64,000 nt of DNA from Pelagomonas calceolata. Taxonomy: Eukaryota. The stretch lies in assembly GCA_918797485.1 (NCBI GenBank), contig CAKKNE010000006.1, forward strand, positions 3,534,001 through 3,598,000. Direction: 5' to 3'. Shown here one piece after another: positions 19,606 through 29,983 of the stretch. The position numbers and the translations under genes were made by a program. Under the pieces are notes generated by a model, which made no database searches, had not been told where the DNA came from, and saw nothing but the letters and a program-made list of their open reading frames with translations. Numbering within the stretch: position 1 is the first letter of the stretch; each line of letters starts with the position of its first letter.

Positions 19606-21018
19606 CTAAGCCTCGACGTTCTCGTCGGCGACGTCCGCCTCCGTGCGCACGATCGTCTCGCCGGCCTTCGTGCCGTCGAGGGGCGGGTGCGCGACGGCCC
19701 ACGTCTTGCGCACGAGCTCGGCCTGCTTCGCGTCCGCCTCGCTCGAGTCCGCCGGCGTCTCGTTCACGGACACGGCGTCGACCATTGGCTTGGCCTTGGC
19801 GCGGTAGGCCCAGGCCTCGCGCGCCCGCGGGTCGTCGGACTCGCGCTCCTTCGCGTCCCAGGCCGCCTCGGCCGCGCGGTGGTCCGCCGTCGCGGCCGCC
19901 GCCGCCGCGCCGCCGTCGTCCTCGATCTGGGGCTCGTCGGCCTTGGCCTTGTCCTCCGCGAGCGCCGCGGCGCGCTTCGCCGCGTCCTCCTTCTCGGCCT
20001 CGAGCGCGCGCTCGGCGTGGCTCGCCGCCGGCGCGTCCGTCTCCATGGGCTCCGCCTCCTCCTCGGCCGGCGCGTCCTCGTCCATCGCGTCCTCCGCGGC
20101 GGGCTCCTCGGCCGCGGGCGCCTCCTCCATCTCCGCGTCCGCGTCCTTCTTCTTCGACCCGAGGTAGTAGTCGTCCAAGGCCCCGGCCTGCGGCTCGGGC
20201 TTCTTCTTCTTCTGCGCCGCGGGCTTCTTCTTCGTCGGCGCGGCCTTCGCCGCCTCGGACAGGAACTCGGGGTAGGCCTTGCGCGCGACCTCGACGATGC
20301 TCCGGCACTTCTTGCCGCCCTTCGGATCGAGCCAGTACTTGTCGACGTGGTCCGACCCTTCGCGCTTCTTCTCCTCCTTCGTCCAGCCGTCGGCGGCCAT
20401 GCGCTCCTCGAGGGCCTTCTTGTCCGTGACCTTGCCGCCCGTCGACTGGCGCTTCTCCGAAGGCTCCTTTTTCTCCTTCTTCGCCTTCTTCGGCTTGACC
20501 GCGACCATGGGCGCGTCGTCCTTCCACTTCTGCTTGGCCGCGTCATCCAACTTGCCCCACATGTCCGCGAGCTTCTTCATGATGGCCTGGTTCTTCTCCT
20601 TGGCCGGCATGTCGGGGTTCTCGGCCTCGATCTCGGCCTTGGCGCTGTCGCGGTTCTGGGCGTTGTGGTACATGTAGCCGGTCTGCTTCTTCATCTTCGG
20701 CTCGCCATCATCTTCGGCCGGCGCGTCCTCCGTCTTCTTGGCGGCGGGTTTTTTCTTCGGCTTCTCTCCGCCGGCCTCCTTCGTCGAGGGCCGCTTCTTG
20801 CGCTCCTTCTCGACGGCCTTCGTCGACATCTTGGACACGCCGCCGACGCGCAGCTCCAAGCAGCCGCCCTCGGCGGCCGCGGCCGTGCCGTGCTCGCCGT
20901 GTCTCAGCTTGCCGAACTCGGTCCGCGCCGCGGACCAGCCCGCCGGGAAGTCGTCGTGGAGCGTCTCCTTGACGTTGCCCTCGGCGTCTAATCGTACAAT
21001 TTCGATCTTGTCGGCCAT
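19606..21018 (-). CDS. HMG-box chromatin protein with MBD-like domain
   Basis: HMG box KKQTGYMY...MKKLADMWGKLDDAAKQKW; MBD-like GWTKEEKKR...DKYWLDPKGGKKCRSIVEV; very strong codon bias. Confidence 0.75.
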   Translation of the reverse strand: MADKIEIVRLDAEGNVKETLHDDFPAGWSAARTEFGKLRHGEHGTAAAAEGGCLELRVGGVSKMSTKAVEKERKKRPSTKEAGGEKPKKKPAAKKTEDAPAEDDGEPKMKKQTGYMYHNAQNRDSAKAEIEAENPDMPAKEKNQAIMKKLADMWGKLDDAAKQKWKDDAPMVAVKPKKAKKEKKEPSEKRQSTGGKVTDKKALEERMAADGWTKEEKKREGSDHVDKYWLDPKGGKKCRSIVEVARKAYPEFLSEAAKAAPTKKKPAAQKKKKPEPQAGALDDYYLGSKKKDADAEMEEAPAAEEPAAEDAMDEDAPAEEEAEPMETDAPAASHAERALEAEKEDAAKRAAALAEDKAKADEPQIEDDGGAAAAAATADHRAAEAAWDAKERESDDPRAREAWAYRAKAKPMVDAVSVNETPADSSEADAKQAELVRKTWAVAHPPLDGTKAGETIVRTEADVADENVEA

Positions 21019-21226
21019 GCTTGCTGTTGGGGGGCGGCCCGAATTCAAATGCAGGCTGTCTGGCGGCTTGACGCGCCTGCGGGATTGCGCGGTGACTACG
21101 GCGCGCCGCGGGCGCACAACTCGGTGAGGGCTCGATGGCAGCGTTTTGAAGGCGTGGCGCGACTCTGGAGGCGGGCGGGTAAGCGTACGCACCGGATGCT
21201 CCAAAGTTTGCGCGCGCGCAAAGCAA

Positions 21227-21249
21227 GCTAGCGTCTCAAGGCTACTAGC
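21227..21249 (-). promoter_or_regulatory. Degenerate copy of the CTAG promoter element
   Basis: Reverse complement reads GCTAGTAGCCTTGAGACGCTAGC; centre of a divergent gap. Confidence 0.45.
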
Positions 21250-21482
21250 ATTTGAATCTTAGACGCGAAAGTAACGCGCGCGCCTGCTCCTATGATCTCT
21301 CGGGAGAAAAATCACCCGAAAACTCCGTTGCGTTGCGTTGCGTGCGGGTGCGAAAATCTGAGGCGCTGGCAGCTGGCGCAATCTGAGCTCAGGATTGCGT
21401 TGCTCTGTAGCGCTAATCCAGTAGGCAGCTTGAGGCTCACCAACAGGGCAGCCCCGGGAAGGCGCAAGAAGGGTGGCATACA

Positions 21483-24400
21483 ATGGGCGGCGGTGTATCA
21501 TCTCTCCCGGCCGAGGTCTCGCTTGCCGAGGCCAAGAAGCTGGCGGGAGCCAAGTGGCAGCCCGAATGGGAAGAGAAGTTCGCAGAAGCCAAGATTTCCA
21601 AGGACGAGGCGCTGCAATGCTGGAAGGAGGCCAAGGCTAATGCGGACGGCCCGGCGAGCAAGGGCGCGGGGCCAGCGGACGAGAACAAGAAGAAGAAGTC
21701 CGCCACCGCGAAAGCGCTATGGAAGAAGGGCGTCGCGAAGGTGGGCTGGATCGCGCACGCGAAGGCGCGGGCGGCGGCGATCGAGCGCGCGCAAAGGGCA
21801 GGCATTTCGGAGCAGCTCTACGAAAAACTCCACGGTGTCGACCGCTCCGGCGTTGCCGAGGCGCTGGACTTTTCGGCCATAATAGCCGAGAAACGCGGGC
21901 AGCATCTGCCGGGCACGCGCGAGTGGGTGTTCGAGGCGGTCATGCGCTGGCGGACGGATCCGGAAGCGGCGAAGCTCTTCTGGCTCGTTGGTGGTGGCGG
22001 CACGGGCAAGAGTGTCGCCGCGGCCGAGTTGCTGGCACGGCTGCTCGACAAAGAGAACGTCGCGGCGTGGCACTTCTGCAAACATACGGAGCCGGCGCGG
22101 TCAGCTCCAGCGGCACTTTTGCGCTCCTTAGCCGGCATGCTTTGCGCCACGGTCGAGGGCTTCGAAGACGCCTTGCGCGAGGGCGGCGGCGGCGACAACG
22201 CGACGGACAAGGTCGACGAGCTCTTCCAGGCGCTGATCGTTGAGCCGCTGGAATGCGTCGAGGAGACACGCGGCGCGGACGATGCTCTAGTGTTGATAGT
22301 CGATGCACTCGACGAGCTACCGCGAGATGCTTTGCAGCCCGTACTCTCGCTGCTCGCGAACGAGCTCAAGACACTGCCGCCGTGGATTAAACTCGTCGTC
22401 ACCAGCCGCGACGAAGCTCAGATTAAAGCAAGACTCTCGTGCTTCACGCCGTCGGAGCTACGCGTCGACGAGGCACGGAACCGGCAAGACGTTCGCGCGT
22501 ACCTGACGGTACTCGCGAAGGAACACGTCGAGCTCGAGGTGACGATGGACTCGCTGCGGCACGAGGTCGAGGCGAATTTCCCGGGCTTGAAGAATCTCGA
22601 CACGTTCGCCGACCTCGAGGACCCGCTGCGGCGGTCAAAGGGCGCGTACGACGAGGCGGTCCGCGGCGTCGCCGGGATCCACGAGCTCGAGAAGTATAAG
22701 GAGCGACGTCTCGACTTGATACAAGACGAGACCGACTTCGAGAAGCTCTACGCCGACGCAGCTGTGGCGCAGACGATCTTAATCGACGCGCTGAAGACGC
22801 TCCCTGGCGACGTCTCGGATCCAGGCGTGAAAGGGCGCGGATCCGCGGAGCGCAAGCTCGCGGACAAGTACACCGACAAGAATGGGGTGCCACATCCCGA
22901 GAAGTTTCGGGATCTAGCCCGCGCGACAGTCCTGTTCGAGAACGCCGCCGACCTTCTGAAGGTGCTGACTGAATTGGACGGCGGCAGCCTCGGGCTGGAT
23001 ATCGCTCAATAAAAAAACAAGTTCGCGAGCCCGACGCCCCTCGGCTACCGCGACATGAATTTGAACGTCAGCGTGCGCCTCGACGACGGTCGAAAACATC
23101 TCGCCGAGGTTCAGCTGAATTTAAAAAGCGTCGCGGACGCCAAGCACATCGCCCACGAGCAGTATGAGGTGATTCGATTAGCACTACCGAAGATGTGCGA
23201 GGGCACGAGCGTTGGCGCGGGCGCGCTCGAGAAGTATATCGCTGGTCGCTTGCGGTCTTCGGCGCTAGATTCTGCCGTGACCTCGCTTGAGCGCAAGGCT
23301 GGCGGACTCATGCTCTACGCACGCCTCATCGCAGAGCAGCTCGCGTCCACGACGGGCAAGATCGACTTTGCGAGCGTCGGCGCGCTGCCGGCGGGCCTCG
23401 ACGAGATCTACGCCGAGAACTTTCGACGCGTGTTTGTTGATGATGGCGCGTGGGGTGATGCGCTGCCGCTCATTGAATTAATTTGCGCTGCTGCCGAGCC
23501 GTTGACAATTGACGCTGCGAGTGTGGCGCTCGGCTGGGATCAGGATCGCTGCGAGCGTCTCTGCGCGAATGTGTCGCTGTTGTTCCCGCTCCGCGAGGGC
23601 GAGGTGATTGGTGTTTTACACAAGACAGTGACGGACTGGCTAACCGGTGAGGCGCCTTTCGACAAGCGCTCTTCTGAGGACGCGTTCTTCGTCGCGCGGG
23701 ACGCGGCGCACCGGCGGCTGGCGCGGGCGTGTGCTCGGGCGATTCGTGCTGAGGGTCTGGATACGGAGTCGTACTCGAGCGACGCGGCTGCGGACGTGGT
23801 GCTCGCTTCATTCGTCGAGGGCGACGGCGGCGTGGCGTCGGATGCTTATGCGTTGCGCTGGTGTTTGTTTCACATGAAGCGGTCCTCTTCCGAGGGCGAG
23901 GCCATTGCCGTGGCGTGTGCCTTGTCGTACGTGCAGAAACGGGTCGAGGCTGGCGACATCGGTGCATTTGCTGGTGACCTCGATGTGATTGAGGGTCGTG
24001 ACGCGCTGCTCCTGCGTGATGCGTTGGTGTTGTCGCGGCGCGCGCTCTCACAGGGCGCGGTGCTTGTCGAGCAGTTGTGGCAGCGCTTGACACCACGCGC
24101 CGATACGGAGTCGTCTCCTGCCGCGCGCCGCCTGGCCGACGATGCGAAGCGTGCGGCGAGCAAGCAGTCGCTCTTGGCCGTGCGACCGATGCTTACTGCT
24201 GCTGGTGGGGCGGAGCGGTGTCGCATTGAGGTCGGGTCTGAAGTGCTTGCTGTGGCGACGTTCGTGGATCCGGCGACGGGTGAGCCGCGGGTTGCTTGTG
24301 CGTCTGGAAACAAGGTGGAGATCTATGATCCGGTCGCGGGTGGCGCGGCGCTGGTCGTGATTGATGTGGGCTCGCGGGTGTATGCGCTGGCGGTCTTCAA

Positions 24401-26298
24401 AGACCCGGCGACGGGCGAGCTGCGGCTCGCTTGTGGATGGAGAAAGGTGCGCATTTATGACCCGGTCGCCGGTGGCGAGGCACTGCTCGTGCTCGAGGTG
24501 GGCTCTCGGGTGAAAGCATTGGCTCTCTTCGTGGACCCGGCGACGGGCGTGCTGCGGCTCGCTTGTGGCTGTGGATCCGGCGACGGGGGCGCTGCGGGTC
24601 GCGACCGGGTCGGATGATGGGACGATTCGCATATGTGATGCGGAGACTGGTAGTGCGCTGCTCGTGATCGACGTCGGCGAGCGGGTGTTAGCGCTTGCGT
24701 TCTTTGTGGACCCGGCGACGGGCGCGCCGCGGCTCGCTTGTGGTACGGGCAAATGGGACCAAGGGACGCGGTCAGATATTGGCGACGTGCGCGTCTTCGA
24801 TGCGGTCGCGGGCGGCGAGGCGCTGGTTGTCCTTGATGGGCACACAGACTACGTGCGAGCGTTGGCATTCTTCTTCGCGGACCCGGCGACTGGCGAGTTG
24901 CGGCTCGTGAGCGGATCGGACGACAAAACTGTGCGCGTCTTCGACCCGGTCGCTAGTGGTCAAGCGCTGGTCGTGATCGACGTTGGCTCGGACGTGAACG
25001 CGCTGGCGTTCTTCGCGGACCCGGCGACGGGCGAACCGCGGCTCGCGACTAGCTCTGGACAGGTCTTTGACCCGATTGCGGGCGGCGACGCATTGGTCGT
25101 GCTCGAAGGGGGCGGTAGCCCGCTGGTCGTATTCACAGACCCGGCGACGGGCGGTCTTCGCCTCGCGAGCGGATCGAACGAATCCGTGCGCGTCTGGGAC
25201 TTGGCCGCGGGCGCGGCGCTGTTCGTGCTCGAGGGACACACAAGCGCCGTTTTCGCGCTGACGGCCTACGCGGACCCGGCGACGGGCGAGCCGCGGCTCG
25301 CGAGTGGGTCATGGGACAAGACCTTGCGGGTGTGGGACGCGAGCAAGGGTGGTGCGGCGCTGCGGATGGTTGCTTTTGATGACGAGGTTAGGGCCTTGGC
25401 GGTCAGTAGCGACATGAGCGGGCTCTTTGTGACTTTCGGGAAGCGGTGGGGGGAGTTTCGCATCGAGAGCGGCACGACGCCACTGACGCTTGCGTGTTAC
25501 AAGGGTGACGTCGCCGCAATAAGCGATCTTCTTCAGAAGGGCGCTGGCGTCGACCAGCAAGATGATGACGGTTATACGCCACTATTCGTTGCAAGTTTGA
25601 AAGGGCACGTCGATGCCGCGCGCTTGCTGCTCGATGCGGGTGCTACGGTCGATAAGAGGCGTGAGGGTGATTGGTCGCCGTTCGGGATTGCGAGCGTTCG
25701 TGGACACGTCGACGTGGCGACGCTATTGGTAGACCGAGGTGCAGCTGTGGATATGTGCTTGGATGGTACGACGCCGCTTCTTGTTGCTAGTCGTAACCAG
25801 AACCTCGACGGAGCCTTCACTGTGCCCGATGACACGAAAAAGCGCGCGGTCTGGCTTTGGGATAAGGAAACGGTGGCGAAAGCGCTAGAAGAGGCTGAGC
25901 TCGACGTATCGGCGCCTAACAGAAACGGAAGAGATATTCTGCTCGGTGGGGGTGGGGATGACTGGACAGAAGATGAGTCTGACAAGGTAATGGAGGAGTT
26001 CCATCGGGTCGCGCTCAAGTTCATGCAGGACCAGGCCAGAGCAGGCGACGGAGCCTTCACTGTGCCCGATGACACGAAAAGGCGCGCGGTCTGGCTCTGG
26101 GATGAAGAAACGGTGGCGGAAGTGCTAGAAGAGCTAGAGGATGATATGGAAGGCTCGGCGCCTGAGCTGAACGGAAAACAACTTCTGCTTGGCGGAGGTG
26201 ACTGGGCGGAGGGTGATTCTGACAAGGTGATGGAGATGATCCGTCGGTGCGCGATCCTGTTCATGCAAGACATGGCGATGAGGGATGATGACGATTAG
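21483..26298 (+). pseudogene. NACHT (STAND) ATPase with inserted RelA/SpoT-like domain, WD40 repeats, ankyrin repeats and a duplicated C-terminal domain; interrupted
   Basis: Walker A GGGGTGKS, Walker B LIVDALDE, HKTVTDWL, DPATG WD40 repeats, GYTPLF ankyrins. In-frame TAA at 23010-23012 and a frame change near 24565-24617. Confidence 0.75.
25807..26285 (+). repeat. Two tandem ~240-bp coding repeats
   Basis: GACGGAGCCTTCACTGTGCCCGATGACACGAAAA starts at both 25807 and 26047. Confidence 0.85.
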
Positions 26299-26522
26299 AT
26301 CGACGGACGAACACGGCCACGCCACAAAGGAACACGGCCACGCCGCCGTCGTCGCAAAGGCCGACGCGACTAGCGCCGACGTCGAGCTTCCCCATTTTCA
26401 ATCCCTCCTTTCTTTATCGCCTCTTCGGGCACAAGTCAATGCCGCCCCAGGCGGGCACTGCAGAGTTCCTAAGAAAATCCCCCTCTAGCTAGCTAGCAAC
26501 TACCGATACCGCTCGTTAAACC

Positions 26523-27884
26523 CTAGACCACCCCGGGCACGAACATGCACGGCACCTTTTCCTTGTACCGCGGCCAGTCATTTCCATATTTCTCGGCGCA
26601 GGCGTGGTCGTCGCGCAACGCGCGATGTATCAAAAGCACCAGGAAGTACGTCGCGTAGAAGTAGGGGATCGGAGAACCGAAGCCACAGAGTAGACACCAC
26701 GACAGGCCCATGAGCCAGTCGCCCGTGTAGTTGACCTTGCGCGCGGCGCCCCAGAAGCCCGACGTTATTAATTTCGTACCTCTCTTGGTCTGTAGGTATG
26801 TGGTACCTCTGTCGATGGCCGTTTGCGGGTCCCTCCGGAATGAGTCTTTCTGGGAGTTGGCACCTCGGAAGACCACATAGCCAGTAAAATGCAGTAACGT
26901 AATCACCACCAAAGACAAAGTAGACAATTGAGCATCGTAGGACGCCAGGTAGCGCGCTTGTAACGAGTACGTAAAGGGGACCCAACTCAAATCGCCAAAG
27001 GCCAGCATAAACCCGAAGCCGTCCGTCGTGATGTCCATCGTCGTTAATATACTTCTCTCAAAGTACAGGGCGTCCCAGACGTACTGGAGCTGGAAGATGT
27101 TTACTAAGAGCATCGAGGTGGAGACTTCCCGTTGTTTGGCCAGTGCGCCCAGGTTGAGGCAGACCCAGCCGATGAGACCGGGCCTCAATTCGCAAAAGTA
27201 CTTCAGATCAAAATTCGAAATGCGTGGGTTGAGCTCGCGGCCCATGAAAAAATCATATATACGTATGCCGGTGTTGCCCGGCTTGGCTAACAGTGGTTTT
27301 GCCGGTCTGAACGATGCGACGTACAGCGCTATCGAGAGGAGCAGAGAGAGAATACAAGATGCGACGGCTAACGGCACGAAGTCATCATATAAAGTAGAAA
27401 TGTCTATCCAACGGTAGTGGTCCGCCAATGCCACTGCGACAATGGAGCACCAGAAGGCGGCGTGGCCGTTCAGGACGTAGTCCAGGCGTTTTGTGGAGCC
27501 GGGGAGCGGTGCGCCTTGTACACGGTCTCCGGGCAGGGCGACATACAGTAAAGCTTGGAACGCGAGCCAGCCGAGGACCACCCCAAATGCTTTGATTGTG
27601 ACGAGGTTCGATGGGACGCGGAACTCGCTCAATGTGTTGTACCCCACACAAAAGTCATCGTCGCAAGCCACAGCTAACGCAATAACCACGAGGGGCAGGA
27701 AGACCGTCGTCGCGAGGGCGCCGAGGGGGCCGCCGAACTCGAACTCGATTGGCGCTTGCTGCTTGCGGGGTTTTCTCGCTGGCGACTTGGCGCGCGCTGC
27801 GGGCTTGCGCGCCGGCGACTTGGCTCGTCGCGCCGGCGAGGCTGCTCGAGCGCCGCCGGCTGACTGGCGGCGCGTGGCGACCAT
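26523..27884 (-). CDS. ERG24: Delta14-sterol reductase (ERG24/LBR/TM7SF2 family)
   Basis: EFGGPLG, DFFMGRELNPR, DLKYFCELRPG, TMDITTDGFGFML, ANSQK, RDDHAC..KYG. Confidence 0.92.
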   Translation of the reverse strand: MVATRRQSAGGARAASPARRAKSPARKPAARAKSPARKPRKQQAPIEFEFGGPLGALATTVFLPLVVIALAVACDDDFCVGYNTLSEFRVPSNLVTIKAFGVVLGWLAFQALLYVALPGDRVQGAPLPGSTKRLDYVLNGHAAFWCSIVAVALADHYRWIDISTLYDDFVPLAVASCILSLLLSIALYVASFRPAKPLLAKPGNTGIRIYDFFMGRELNPRISNFDLKYFCELRPGLIGWVCLNLGALAKQREVSTSMLLVNIFQLQYVWDALYFERSILTTMDITTDGFGFMLAFGDLSWVPFTYSLQARYLASYDAQLSTLSLVVITLLHFTGYVVFRGANSQKDSFRRDPQTAIDRGTTYLQTKRGTKLITSGFWGAARKVNYTGDWLMGLSWCLLCGFGSPIPYFYATYFLVLLIHRALRDDHACAEKYGNDWPRYKEKVPCMFVPGVV

Positions 27885-28008
27885 TTCTACTGCTTGTTTT
27901 TGGTTCTTGGCAGCGATGCGATCAATAACGAGCACTGCTATGACGTCGGCAGAGTTTTTGAGCCTAGCAAGCGAGCAAAGCTGGCGTCGGCCCGCGCGAG
28001 CTGCTCTT

Positions 28009-28030
28009 GCTAGTGTCTTTAAGCGCTAGC
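28009..28030 (+). promoter_or_regulatory. CTAG-TGTCTT-CTAG promoter element
   Basis: GCTAGTGTCTTTAAGCGCTAGC; divergent gap. Confidence 0.65.
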
Positions 28031-28294
28031 TGCCGCTTTTGCCCTCTTCGCGTCCTCCTCGTATACAAACAAGTTACTGTCGAATTGTTCTCGTTGCGAT
28101 CGATTTGATCGATTTGTGAGAGCTGCGCTGCTTTTATTGCTCGCAGGAGCCGGCCAAGACCGGCAGCCTCGACCCACCGCCCAAGTGCGCATCGAAGCGC
28201 GGGCAGCGAAAGCGCTGCCGCGGGAGCCGGAGCCACAAACAAGCACCGCTGCTGCCACCACAGACGAGCACAAGGACCAAAAGTCACCAGACAG

Positions 28295-29260
28295 ATGAAG
28301 CGCCGCGCGCCCGCCGACGCAGCGGCGCCGCGGCGCAGCGCCCGCAACGACCCGGCCCAGCGGGCCCGCGTCGCCCGCGAGCGCGCCGCCGCGCAGGACC
28401 GGAGGGAGCGGGAGGCGCTGGACAAAGCCCTGGAGGCCGAAGCGAGGCGCATCCAGAGGCTACCGGAGGTTGCTTTTGATGCGGCCGGGGCCGCCGCCTC
28501 CCCAGAAGGCCTCGCGCGCTGGAAATTGTCCGCCGCGGACCTCGAGGCGTTGCGCGGTGCCCAGGACGCGATCGCGGCGCAAATCGACAAGATGCCGTGG
28601 GCCGGCGGTTCTGATGATGGAGATAAACGCTGGCGGGGCTACGGCCTGCCGCCGGGCGCGCGGCGGCGGCTCGGCGCCTGGATGGGCGATAGGTTTCATT
28701 CCTTCGAGACGCCCTTGGAGTCGAGGGCGGCCGAGGCAGAACGGAACTGGAGGAGCTGCGCGGACTTTGTGCTGACCGAGGCCGTCGAAGGTGCGGCGCG
28801 GCGCTGCGCTGAAAATGCCTCAAAAGCGCTGCCCGCTCATGCCAGAGAGCTCGCCCCCGCGAACCTAGTCGCGCTCCAACCGAACGCGCACGCCGGCAAC
28901 CGGCACCTGCCGCGGCACCTGGACTGGCCGCGGCACGACGGCTTTGGCGCTGTGATCATCACGGTGGCCGTGCGCGGCGCCGGGACGGTGGTGCTCGAGG
29001 ACCGTGAAGGGAATATTGTCCGCTTCGACCTGCCGGAAGGCCACGCGTACTGCCTGGCCGGCGCCGCGCGGCACGCGTGGCTCCACGGCGTCGTCGGGTC
29101 GGACCCGGACCGCGAGTCGCTCAATTTGAGGTTCGGGCTCCACTCGCATGCGCGGGCCCGGGCCGAGGTTTATGAAAAGTGGGTCGACGCGGCCTGCGAT
29201 GCGGAGGGGCCGGCGGGGGACGACGGGCGCGGTGGGGGCGAGAGCGTGGCGCTTGTGTGA
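28295..29260 (+). CDS. AlkB-like 2OG-Fe(II) dioxygenase
   Basis: HxD (HLD), distal His (WLHGV) and R.S.N.R (RESLNLR). Confidence 0.7.
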   Translation: MKRRAPADAAAPRRSARNDPAQRARVARERAAAQDRREREALDKALEAEARRIQRLPEVAFDAAGAAASPEGLARWKLSAADLEALRGAQDAIAAQIDKMPWAGGSDDGDKRWRGYGLPPGARRRLGAWMGDRFHSFETPLESRAAEAERNWRSCADFVLTEAVEGAARRCAENASKALPAHARELAPANLVALQPNAHAGNRHLPRHLDWPRHDGFGAVIITVAVRGAGTVVLEDREGNIVRFDLPEGHAYCLAGAARHAWLHGVVGSDPDRESLNLRFGLHSHARARAEVYEKWVDAACDAEGPAGDDGRGGGESVALV

Positions 29261-29983
29261 CTGTTGCGTAATGTGCTGTGTTTACATAGTTCCATGGTTC
29301 GATCCCCGGCCCTGGGGCTGCTGCTCGGGCGAGTTGTACGATGAAACCCCCGGCGCGTTTTGAATTTTAAACTCGCGGTTTCTTCCGCCGGAGGTGTCTC
29401 AGGTGGACCTCGGAGTGCTCGTGAGTACCCTGGTGAGGCAAACTAGAGATTGCGCGCGGCGGACAAATCTAGTATGTCAATGGAGCTAGCTTTGATTTTA
29501 CTATTTTGCTGCGCGAACCCGTGCACCGCCCGCGTTTGCCCGCTGCGTCCTGGTTATACTTGAAACTCCTCAAAAACCTTCTTTGCCCCCAGTTCGCCGC
29601 GTGGCTGCGCGGGCGTGTCTTGCGGCGACTCAAATGAGGCGCGCCAGCTCATTTCAGCTGGGGCCGTCGTTGGCGGGTTCCGCTGCGCCGCGGTGGCCTC
29701 CCAGAGCTCGCCACGCAATGGAGCCACCCCTGACAGCCCCTGGCCGCCCACTGGCCGCTCCGCGGGCCCGGCGCAGCGGTCTGAGGCCCTCGTCGTGTTC
29801 GAACGGGACGCACGCCCCACGCTCCCGGAGCGCGGGCGCGCCTGCCACGACCTCGGCGGTCCCACGAGGCGCCACACACGCGACGATGGCGCCGGCCCCA
29901 CGACGCCCACACGCCGCCACCTACCAACGCCGCGCGCCACCTCGTTACCGCGACGCCCCCTCGCAGACCCCCCCTCGTCAACC

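Noticed and set aside
19202..21127. Long overlapping ORFs in other frames (e.g. 19687-20991 +, 19202-20527 -)
   Set aside because: Shadow ORFs caused by extreme GC3 bias in the real HMG gene; the translations are Arg/Gly/Pro-rich with no motifs.
26484..26497. CTAGCTAGCTAG run, also near 33751, as the promoter element
   Set aside because: It lacks the TGTCTT core and spacer and lies between convergent genes.
29615..29983. 123-aa N-terminal extension of RNR2
   Set aside because: Non-ATG start and low-complexity translation. An acceptor-like TCGCAG at ~29966 suggests 5' UTR or intron sequence.
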